This document shows positions 36,905-47,192 of a stretch of DNA of 64,000 nucleotides, one piece after another. A program made the position numbers and the translations under genes. Where the stretch lies: positions 78,432,001 through 78,496,000 of the forward strand of contig NC_086108.1 of the NCBI RefSeq assembly GCF_963921235.1, written 5' to 3'. This stretch comes from Mobula hypostoma (Eukaryota). A model generated the notes under the pieces. It was not told the origin of the DNA. It ran no database searches and worked only from the letters and a program-made list of their open reading frames with translations. The number at the start of each line of letters is the position of its first letter. Position 1 is the stretch's first letter.

Positions 36905-39900
36905 TGTGGTAACTTCTACTTTGAAAGAGGCACACTCTGCAACTTCATGCTCAAAGGAACAACTTTATCTCGAACGTCAAAAATGTTATGTTTATACAGA
37001 GGCTTTCACAACCTGTACGGCATAGCAGGAACAGTATATACAAAGCACACCAGAGGTAAAAAGAACGGAAGTAAAACCCCCCCATTATCCTAATTAGTAT
37101 TAACTTACTTTTAATAATGCTGACATTACAACACTTCTCCCCCTTTAAAATACAACATTCCCCAAATGTCAAAAAAACTAGGAAATAAAACAGTGGTATT
37201 ATTAACTTGCGTACCCCTGAAAACTTAAACTAGTACCTCAGCAACAGTTAACCAATGCAAAATATTTGGAAAACATGACAGATTCAACATTCAATCTAAC
37301 AACAACAAAAAAAACTGTCCCGTCAAAGATTCATTCTGTCAGGAGGTTTACCAGTGCGCTATGAATATCCCTTCTCAGCAGCTGTCAGGGTACATGAACC
37401 AAAACCAATAGGCTTCTCTGATCGGAGCTCCATTACATGTGAGAGAATTGCCCCGACTCCATAGGGCGAGGCATTGCATGCAAGTGTGATCTCCTTGTCT
37501 GTGTCATAGTGAAGAAGCAGCTTTGCTGAGTGGAAGAGTTATTTCATTCCTTGAAAGCTTTCTCCTGCTCTTCACCCCACTGCCACTTAGTGTCATTGTG
37601 AAGCAGTTTATACAGTGGGGTCAAAACCCGTGAGAGGTCAGGAAGAAACTTGCCATAATGATTCACCATGCCTAAAAATGATCTGAGTTCTGTGACGGTC
37701 TTGATGCTTAGGGCCTCCTTAATAACTCTCACTTTGTCCTCCACAGGGCAAAGCCCCTCAGCTGTGATCTTGTGTCCCAGGTAAGTCACACTTAATGCCA
37801 GGAACACACAGCCCTGCGTCTGAGATCCTCTTCAGCACCCGTTCTAAATTAGCTAGATGCTCCACTTCCGTGATCAAAATATCATCAAGGTACACTGCTA
37901 CATGCGGAATCCCCTGCAGCAAAGTGTCCATTGTCCTTTGGAAAATGGCAGGGCTGGACGCCACTCCAAACACCAGGTGATTGTACTTGAATAGTCCCTT
38001 GTGTGTATTAATTGTGATGTACTCCTTCGAATCCTCATCAACCAGCAGCTGTTGGTAGGCATGGCTCATGTCCAGCTTTGTGAACAGCTTACCCCCTGAC
38101 AAGGTCACAAACAGGTCATCCACCCATGGCAATGGGTACTCCTCCAGCCTAGAGACCTGATTCACCGTAAGCTTATAATCCCCACGTATCCTCACCGTTT
38201 TGTCTGCCTTAAAAACTGGAACAATGGGAGCCGCCCACCTTGAAATCTGGACAGGCTCAATAATGCCCAGCCTCTGTAAACGTTCCAGCTCCTCCTCGAC
38301 TTTGCCTTTCATGGCATAGGGCACTGACCTGGGCTTAAAAAAACGTGGTGTAGCCTCAGGGTCGACATTGGAGTTTCACTGTCATGCCCTTTGGTGTTCC
38401 TAGCTCGTCCCTGAAAATGTCACTGTACCGCTGCAGAATCTCCTCCGTTGTGGGTGCATACTTAATTTCATGCCAGTTTAGTCGGATTTTGCAAAGCCAA
38501 TCACGACCCAAAAGACTGGGGCCCCTGCCCTTAGCTATCACTAGCCTGGCTTCAGCCTTCCGACCCCCGGCTGAAATGTCCACATATAACACCTCTAAAT
38601 GAGGTATGAGCTGCCCCGTATAGGTCCTGAGTTTGAGCTTTGATGGTCTAATGGGAGGCAGGTTGGACCCCCATGTCCTCCTGTAGGTCTCCTCACTAAT
38701 AAAGGATGCAGTAGCCCCTGAATCAATCTCAAACTTAATGTCCTTTCCCCTGACAGTGACTGTAGCATAATATGGTTCAGGTGGTTCCTCATCTGTTTCC
38801 ACTCCAAACATGTTGTAGACACACGCTGCCTCTTCATCTGCATCTTCTAGATGGTGTGTGACTGCCTGAGCCTGTTGAGCTTTCCCCTGCCCAAGCTTAA
38901 ATTTACCCTTTGAACTTATGCACTTTTTAGCTAAATGTCCCTTTTTGCTACAAGCATGGCAGACAGTGTCTTTGAATTTGCAATCCTTTGCATAGTGCGT
39001 CCCTCCACACCGGAAACATTCCACCCGCTTTGCCTGTTTACCAATCTCCCTCTTGACTTGGTGCACTGCCGCTGACTGCGATTCCCCCCCCCCCATGTCC
39101 TTTCTGCATATCGTTGACATTATTAGCAGCCATCCCCATGCCTTGGGCAATCTCTAAGGCTTTCTTGAAAGTCAATGGTGGGGTTTCCCTTAACAGGCGG
39201 TGTTGTATGCCATTATTATTAATGCCGAATACCAATCTATCACAGAGCATGTCTTCCAACACCGCTCCAAAATCACAATGCTCCGACAACCGCCAAAGCT
39301 CGGCCACAAAATTGGCCACAGACTGACCTGGCTTCCTGAAACAGCTGTGAAACTTACACCGTTGGACTATCACAGAAGGTTTCGGATTGTAGTGGTTCCC
39401 CACGAGCTTGACCAGTTTGTCAAACTGGTCAAGCTCGGTTTCTGCAGTGTGGCTAAATTCCTTATTAGCTTGTAAGTCTTTGCCCCACACACACTCAGGA
39501 GAATAGAGCACTTCATAGCCTCCTCAGTAATTCCATTAGCACAGAAAAAGTGTCCCAACCTTTCCTCATACTCCGGCCAGTCCTCCGTTAACTCCACAAA
39601 TTCAACAATAGTCCCAAACATAGCCATCTGAACGTGAGGCCCCTTACTAGCGCTGCTGCTCCTGTTCAAAATGTGCCGACACATCCACAAAACCAGTTTA
39701 CCTCGTCGCCAAAAATATGTGGTAACTTCTACTTCGAAAAAGGCACACTCGACAACTTCATGCCCAAAGAAACAACTTTATCTCGAATGTCAAAAACGTT
39801 ATGTTTATACAGAGACATCCAAGACCCGTATGGCATGGCAGGAACAGTATATACAAAGCACACCAAAAGTAAAAAGAACGGAAGTAAACCTACCCCCCCA

Positions 39901-39954
39901 CCCCATTATCTTAATTAGTATTAACTTACTTTTAATAATGCTCACATTACAACA
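36905..39954 (-). mobile_element. Ty3/Gypsy LTR retrotransposon (K02A2.6/Mag-like) with both LTRs; integrase deleted
   Basis: LTRs 36905-37133 and 39718-39954 (TGT...ACA). PBS TGGCGACGAGG (reverse complement of 39701-39711). PPT AAAGGGGGGAGAAG (reverse complement of 37134-37147). Gag knuckles CFRCGGTHYAKDC and CHACSKKGHLAKKC; protease FEIDSGAT; RT WAAPIVPV and YLDDILIT; RNase H start near 37400-37500. Multiple frameshifts. Confidence 0.95.
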
Positions 39955-41276
39955 CCGGGTACTAACACTTTCAAAGGAAAAAATGTAAATCTAGTGCTGC
40001 AAGATAAACTGAACTGGTTACAGATGTTTCCTTAAAATTTCTTGTCTTGTTAGAGTTATAATTATACTCCTGCACTTCTGGCTGAACATCTGCTGATTAA
40101 CAATCTTTGAGAGATAATATTTTGATTTTAAATATTAATTTGTGACTTACTCAGGTTGTCTGTCTTAAATAGACAGACCTCTAAATCACTTTTAATAATT
40201 CACTATCTTCATTTCATATGATGCTTTTATGTGTATGATTTAACTAATTAATAATTTAATTCAACTAATGATGCTTAGGAGAGTGCTTCCAGATCAAAGA
40301 CAAGGGTATCTGAGGCAATGAAATTTATTGCTGAATGTGTACATACCAGTTGAAATGAACTATCCCAGTTTTATCTACCTTTTTCAACTCTTGGCCTAGT
40401 TTACAAAGTGTAGCAAGAACCTAAATCTGTGTAGTTGTGCAAACATAAAAAAAATTCATCTCAATCATAGAATCACAGATTGATTAGAACACAAACAAAA
40501 TCCATTTTACACGTGTTGTCCTTTCTGTCTCTTTACCAATTTCACCTCTGCCCCTGTCCCTTCTCTGCAGCTTCACAGTTTATTTATCCTGTTCCCTCTT
40601 GAAGACAGCAACGGGCAGTGCAATCCAATTCCAGCTATATACTAGTAAAAAAAATTTTTACCCATATCACTTTTAATTCTGTTCCCCTATATTTTGTACC
40701 TGTGATTTCTACACTAGGACTGCTCCACTAGCAGGAACAATTTCCCACTATCCATCCTATCATTATTTTATCAGCTTCTATCCATCTCCTCTCAGCTTTT
40801 TCTTCTCCAAACAGTTGCAGACTCTTGAGTAGACCAAATAACTGTAGTCTCTCATCCTAGGAACCATTCTTGTAAATCTTTCTTTCTTTTCTTTCTATGG
40901 CCTTCAAATCCTTCCTATAATGAGAGATCTAGAATTGAACACAGTACTCAAGTTTAATGAACAGTTTTAAAAAAAGGAATAAAACGTACATCTGTAAGTT
41001 TGACACATGCCAAAATGTAGACATCTATGAGCAGGTAAGGAATTTTGTTTCATGATTTGTCTCTTTCACGATTTAAAAAGTGACACTCCTGTGTGAGGGC
41101 TACAGAAATGTGCAGTCACCTTGTGCATGCCAGTTGTGGGGTGGATCAAAAACTTTGCTCTGCGTACTCATCAGAGCAGACAGCATCTGTAGAATGGGAA
41201 ACAGAGTGAACATTTCAGGTCAAGGGCTTTTCATCAGAAAAGTTAACATTATTTCTCTCACTACATATGCTGCTTA

Positions 41277-41986
41277 GGGCTGATTTATACTTGTGTGTAC
41301 TAGCTTACGCCGTAGCCTACGCAAGTGGGCTATGCCATTGTGAGTATTTATACTTGTGCGTTGGTGTGTCTGCATTGCTTTGCAATTCACCACCAAAGTG
41401 CTAGTTGGCGGGGTTTCTATGCCACTGTGTTGAGTTTCATTGTGTTGAAACGCAACACGAAGAAACTCAAACTTCAAACAATGGTGACTGAAACTGAAGG
41501 AGGGTGAATTTTCTGTATGTACAGTGTAGTATCACTTAACAGAATCGAGAATTTGGAGCCAAAATCGATTTGTTGAAAAAAATCAGCACGTCGCGCATGT
41601 GCACACACCTGCCCGCACAAGGCTTCATGGTCATGGTAGTCTTTCTCGGGGTAAACAAGTCTAAAGCGAGCGCCTTTTTTCATAAAAGCGAAATGTGTCC
41701 TCCATAATTTCGGAGGTCTGTAAAACTTTATGGAAGGCATTGCAGACAGAGTTCCTTCCCTGCCCTTCAGTCACCCAATGAGAAGCTATTGCAGTATAGG
41801 AGGAAATGCGATGCTACCAAGTGGACCAATCACAGTTGTTTCAGTCTGCGTTGCTGCGACGCGTAGTTACATTTTGGGAGAGGTGTGCATTAGGCTACGG
41901 CGTAGGATTTGCGTAGAGTACAGCGTAGGGTTCACGGCTACGCCGTACCTACAGCATACATTTGATGCACAAGCATAAATCAGCCT
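41277..41986. mobile_element. PIF/Harbinger-type non-autonomous transposon (MITE)
   Basis: TIRs GGGCTGATTTATACTTGTG / CACAAGCATAAATCAGCCT; 3-bp TSD TTA at 41274-41276 and 41987-41989; subterminal TACGCCGTAG repeats; no ORF. Confidence 0.8.
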
Positions 41987-42999
41987 TTAATTTCATGTGC
42001 ATTTCCTTGCAGACTACAGCTGGTATTTTTCAGATCAGAATCAGGTTTAATATCACTAGCATATGATGTGCAATTTGTTATCTTTGTGGCAGCAGTGCAA
42101 TGCATGATAATAGAGCAAAGAGAAAACTGAATTACAGTAAGAATATATATATAGTTAAATAAGTAGGGTAAAATTGGAAATAAAACAAGCAGTGAGGTAG
42201 TGTTTCATGGGTTCAATGTCCGTTCTGAAATTGGATTACAGAGGGGAAGAAGCTGTTCCTAAATTGTTGAGTGTGTGCCTTCTGGAATCTGGTCCTCCTT
42301 CCTGATGGTAGCAATGAGAAGAGGGCATGTCCTGGGTGGTGGAGGTCCTTAACGATGGACGCTGCCTTTCTGAGGCCCTGCTCCTTGAAGATGTTTTGGA
42401 TACTACAGAGTCTAGTGCCCATGATGGAGCTGACTAATTTTATATCTTGCAGATTACTTCAATTCTGTGCAGTAGCCCTCCCCCCACACAATGATGAAGC
42501 CAGTTAAAATGTTCTCCACTTCTGATCTCTCAATGAGGATTGGTGTGTCTTCTCTTGTCTCATCCTTTCTGAAGTCCACAATCAGCTCTTTGGCCTTACT
42601 GAAGTTGAGTGCAAGGTTTTTGCTACAATACCATTCAACTAGCTGATATATCTTGCTCTTCTATGCCTTCTCTTCATCTTCTGAGATTCTGCCAACAATG
42701 GTTATCATCAGCAAATTTATAGATGGTGTTTGAGCTGTGCCTTGGCACACAGTCATGGCTGCAGAAAGAGTAGAGCAGTGGGCTGGGCACACATCCCTAA
42801 ATTGCACCAGTATTGATAGTCAGCAAGGTGGAGATGTTATTTCCATTCTGCGCAGATTGTGGTCTTCCAGTTGTGAAGTCAAGAATCCAGTTGCAGATGA
42901 AGGGACAGAGGCCCAGATTCTGGAGCTTTTCAATCAAAATTGTAGGAATGATGGTGTTAAACAATGAGCTGTAATTAATAAACAACACCCTGACATAGG

Positions 43000-43552
43000 C
43001 AACACACACAAAATGCTGGTGGAGCACAGCAGGCCAGGCAGCATCTATAGGAAGAAGTACAGTTGACGTTTTGGGCAGAGACCGTTCATCAGGACTAACT
43101 GAAAGAAGAGATAGTAAGAGATTTGAAAGTGGGAGAGGGGGAGATCTGAATGGGTAGGAGAAGACAGGAGGGGGACAGATGAAGCCAAGAGCTGGAAAGT
43201 TGATTGGCGAAAGGGATACAAGGCTGGAGAAGGGAGAGGATCATGGGACAGGAGGCCTGGGGGGGGGGAGAAAGGGGGAGGGGAGAGCAGGCGGGGAGTT
43301 ATTGTGAGAGGGACAAAGAGAAAAAAAAGGGGGGGAAATAATAAATAAATAATGGATGGGGTAAGAAGGGGTGGAGGCCCTCCCCTTCTTACTATCTCTT
43401 ATTTCAGTTAGTCCTGACGAAGGGTCTCGGCCCGAAATGTCGACTGTACTTCTTCCTATGGATGCTGCCTGGCCTGCTACATTCCACCAGTATTTTGTGT
43501 GTGTTACTTGAATTTCCAGCATCTGCAGGTTTCCTCGTATTTGCGTTTTTAA
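43000..43552. mobile_element. Penelope-derived insertion with inverted pseudo-LTRs and 13-bp TSD
   Basis: Left arm (~43001-43118) is the reverse complement of ~43387-43505; TSD ACCCTGACATAGG at 42987-42999 and 43553-43565. Confidence 0.88.
43410..43446 (+). ncRNA. Minimal type I hammerhead ribozyme motif (Penelope pseudo-LTR)
   Basis: AGTC-CTGACGA-A-GGGTCTCGGCCC-GAAA-T-GTC-GACT: conserved CUGANGA and GAAA core, stem II GGGU/GCCC, GUC triplet at 43439-43441, stem I AGUC/GACU. Confidence 0.7.
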
Positions 43553-43844
43553 ACCCTGACATAGGTATTTGTGTTGTCCAGGTGATCCAAGGCCACCTGG
43601 AGAGCCAGTCAGATCGCGTCCGCGTAGACCTATTGTGGCGATAGGCAAATAAAGAATTTAAAAAAACTTAGCCTCTGCCGTGTTTAATTTTGTGTAGGCT
43701 GTAAATTACATGCTACTATAATGTACGAAATAATAAGGTAGGGTGTAGTGTTAGATTTGAATATGGCTGAGGTCTGTTTTGAAAACCTCCACAATTAAAC
43801 CTATTCAAATTACCCTGATTGATTCATTTACATCAGTATGGGAC

Positions 43845-44010
43845 GAATCACGTGCATCGGAGACGGCTCTGAAGTATTAAAAAAGACTGCTGCGGTATGC
43901 AAAGTCCATTTGGAAAACTAGAACTCCGGTAATTGGGTAGTTCTGAGTCGAGAATCTTCCTCGGTGATAAAAGCCAATAAATAAATCCATCTATCACATA
44001 AATCCAGAGT
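43845..44010 (+). promoter_or_regulatory. Candidate core promoter of the VWC-domain gene
   Basis: CACGTG E-box near 43849, CCAAT at 43974 and TATA-like CATAAAT near 43997, upstream of a CpG-enriched first exon. Motif match only. Confidence 0.3.
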
Positions 44011-44352
44011 TTGCTGCTGGAATTAAGGGAGCTTTGCAGACTTGCGTTTATTTCTTCAGCGCCAGTCTCTTTGCAAATCAGAACTCACGAGTTCTTTCAG
44101 AGAAGTTTATTTTTTTACACCGTCTATGAAAGTATTCGGCACATGCTGATTTTAAAAATATCTCAGTAACGTTTTGAAGAACCTCAAACGGTTTGCATCA
44201 AAGGTCCAGAAACGGAGACAAGGCACTCCGTGTGAAACCAAGACCCCGCTGTTTAATCTCGGGACGTGGGATTTCGCTTGAAAGTGTCTTCAGTTGCAGA
44301 TTATTAAAAATAAATATCCGGATTGCAGCAACGAACTATGCCAGAAGAAAGC

Positions 44353-44676
44353 ATGTCAGCGCAGACCGGCGGACTGCTGTCCCTCTCCCTACTGTTGTCA
44401 CTGTTGGTAAAAGGGAGCCTGGCGTTTTCGGTGCCCAGAACTTGCGAGGCTAACGGCAGCGTGTATTATCTGGGCGAATGGTACTATCTGGACTCGGATC
44501 ACTGCATTCAGTGTGAGTGCACGGTCGGCGGACCGGTGTGTGGCCGCGCCGACTGCCCGGCCCTGCCACCGCCTTGCATACATGTCAGCTACTACCCGAA
44601 CGACTGCTGTCCTCGCTGTGAAAGGATCGGCTGCGAACACCGGGGCCATGTCTATGAGCTCGGGCAGCAGTTCCAG
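44353..44676 (+). CDS. Secreted VWC-domain protein (brorin/VWC2-like family), exon 1: signal peptide plus first VWC domain
   Basis: MSAQTGGLLSLSLLLSLLVKGSLA (hydrophobic signal) then CEANGSVYYLGEWYYLDSDHCIQCEC...CPALPPPCIHVSYYPNDCCPRCERIGCEHRGHVYELGQQFQ; donor CAG|GTAATA, phase 0. Alternative in-frame ATG at 44338. Confidence 0.93.
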
Positions 44677-45941
44677 GTAATAAGCACACCATCAGGAGGG
44701 AGCATTGGTGGTGGTGGAAGTGTGTGAGTGATTGGGTGATAGGAGTAGGTGACTGGAGTCTGTGTGTGGTAGGGGCTTGGTGTACCAGTGTGCATGGTAG
44801 GGAGTTGCAGTACGTGTGTTTTGAGGGGCTGGGGTGTGTGCATGATGGGGATTTGGGGCAATTGTATGAAGGAGTGATTGGAGTTGAAGAGATGAAGTTT
44901 GTGATTGAAAAAGGAGAATGCATGATAGAGTATTTGGTGCACGTGTGCGATGTAGATTTGGAGCGTGTGTGGTGAGGAATTGGTATTTTTGCCATGGAGG
45001 GAAGGGGTGTGTGATGAATATGTGATGGAAGGGTCAATATGAGGGTACTGTGTATGAGCAGAGATTCTGATTTGCACGGAGAGCACCACATCTGTGTGTC
45101 TGCCTGTGTAGAGAAATTGTCTTGTGTATTTTGAGGGACTCTTGTGGTTTTGGCATGTTTTATGTTTTGGCACACATTGGGGGTTGCTATGTTTGTCAGA
45201 ATCAGAAATGGGCTGTTTAGACTTCATGTATGTGCTGTGTGCGGATACCCTATCCCATTTCTGCACTTAGGTGCTAATTTAAATACTTCCCCAATGTAAT
45301 GGCGTGTCTTGCCTCCACCTGCCCACTCATGCAATAATTTGTAGGTTTCAATCACCTTCTGGTGAAAAACATCTTCAAATTTCCTTTAGATCTCTGAAAC
45401 CCTGTACCTTAAACTCTGGTTATAGATCATCCACACCTTCATAATTTTGTATGCCTTAATCAGGGCTCCTCTTAACCTTTGCTTTTAAAAAAAAAACACC
45501 TTATCCAGTATCTCTTCATTGTTGAAACATTGCATCCAGACAACATCCTGGTAAATCTCTTCTGTTTTTCCTCCAGTGCAACTATAGCATTCCCATAGTC
45601 TCGCAACCAGAATTGCATGGAGTATTTCAGCTATGACCTAACTAACCAGTGTTTTATATTGTTACACCATAACCTCCTTGCTGACGAAGGAAAGTAAAAA
45701 TATTGATTGCTCATGTTACTGAAGCCCATCAGAGATTCTTGGACATGTATGCCAAAGTTCCACTGTCTCTCAGTAGTCCTTGCAACCTTACAAGTGATTG
45801 TGTATGTCCTAGCATGCTTTGTTCTCTCAAGTGTAACACCTCATATTTTTCAAGGTTAAATTCCATCTGCCAACTTTCTGCTCCTCTTATCAAACTGATT
45901 AATATTCTGTAGCTGAAGACAATTCTCTACCCTCCACAATG

Positions 45942-45973
<32 letters not shown>

Positions 45974-45983
45974 ATGTATGTAT
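45942..45983. repeat. (GT)n / (GTAT)n microsatellite
   Basis: GTGTGT run followed by ATATGTATGTATGTAT. Confidence 0.9.
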
Positions 45984-47051
45984 TGGGATACTGCTATGCA
46001 TCTGTGGAAGACAATTGCCATATGTACATGAGAAATAGGATGGTCACACACAAGTGGATGCTGGTTTAAGTCGTTCATCTTGTCCAGAAAAAAGAATCAT
46101 CTTTTCTGCCCCTCCTTTTGTTTCTTTCCACTTTATTTTTTGATTTTTTTGTACAGCATGGTACAGTACCAGGCCCTTCTGGCCCAATGAACCCATAGTG
46201 ACCAATTAACCTACTAACCTGTATGCCTTTGCCCTCCTGTTCTTTTGCCTTACACTTTCAAATGTTTTTTCCCGTTTCCCTCTTTCCTGATCCACAATCT
46301 CAGTCCATCATTTTTCCAGTTAGCATTTGTAATTGTTTATAGATTTTTTTATTTACTAGTTCCAGGAACCCTTTGTTTGTCAGTAATGGTTACACCCTAT
46401 TTGGTTGGCATTTCATTCCTATTCATTAGCATTCCTGTCTCCACCACCATCCCAGTCCTGTTTTTTGTGTCCTCTTCACTATATCCTTCAGTTTAGTGGC
46501 TGAAGCATGTGTATATGTAAGGAATCAATTTGAACGCTGACATTCCTTTGCAAGATCTTGTCTGTTCCATTCAAAGGCCTCCTACAGAATATACAAAACA
46601 GATGTATAAATAGTCCATCAAATAGAATTAACTGCATTCTCTGAATTAATGGCATTTATTGTTTTGTCTCCAAACTTAAAAGGCCAATAAAGCACTAGCA
46701 GGCTTTTGTTGTGACTGTGTCTAAGCCACATAGAGACTGAAGTTGTTATATGTAAAAGTTTTTTATTCATCACAACAAAGGCGCATTCTGATGAGATGCT
46801 CTTAGTATTATCTCCCTGAACTCAAAGAGCATTGAGTTTTTATGCTTGTAAGAACAGGTAACAGCTGATGATCCAATACAGTTTTGATAACTACAATGAC
46901 ATAATTCATTTCATTATTTTGAGTCCAACAAATGTTCCAATGAATTAAAAACGCAAACAACAGGAATTCTGCAGATGCTGGAAATTCAAGCAACACACAT
47001 TAAAGTTGCTGGTGAACGCAGCAGGCCAGGCAGCATCTCTAGGAAGAGGTA

Positions 47052-47088
47052 CAGTCGACGTTTCAGGCCGAGACCCTTCATCAGGACT
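47052..47088 (-). ncRNA. Minimal type I hammerhead ribozyme motif, best-preserved copy
   Basis: Minus strand reads AGTC-CTGATGA-AGGGTCTCGGCCT-GAAAC-GTC-GACTG: intact core, palindromic loopless stem III (ACGU), predicted cleavage after GUC between 47057 and 47056. Confidence 0.75.
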
Positions 47089-47155
47089 AACTGAAGGAAG
47101 AGTTTAGTCCAAAGAAGAGAAAGAAGAGTTTAGGAAGTTTACTCTTCCTTCAGTT

Positions 47156-47192
47156 AGTCCTGACGAAGGGTCTCGGCCTGAAACGTCAACTG
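47156..47192 (+). ncRNA. Minimal hammerhead ribozyme motif, sense to the VWC-gene intron
   Basis: AGTC-CTGACGA-AGGGTCTCGGCCT-GAAAC-GTC-AACTG: intact core; first stem I pair mismatched (G to A). Confidence 0.6.

Larger units (their letters stand above)
42031..43650 (-). mobile_element. Rex-Babar LINE 3' portion, interrupted by a Penelope insertion at 43000-43552
   Basis: [30 protein letters not shown]...[35 protein letters not shown]; tail CAGATCAGAATCAG at 42031. Confidence 0.85.

Noticed and set aside
44585..45266. Two ~200-aa His/Thr/Pro-rich minus-strand ORFs
   Set aside because: Artefacts of GT-rich low-complexity sequence at the start of intron 1 of the VWC gene.
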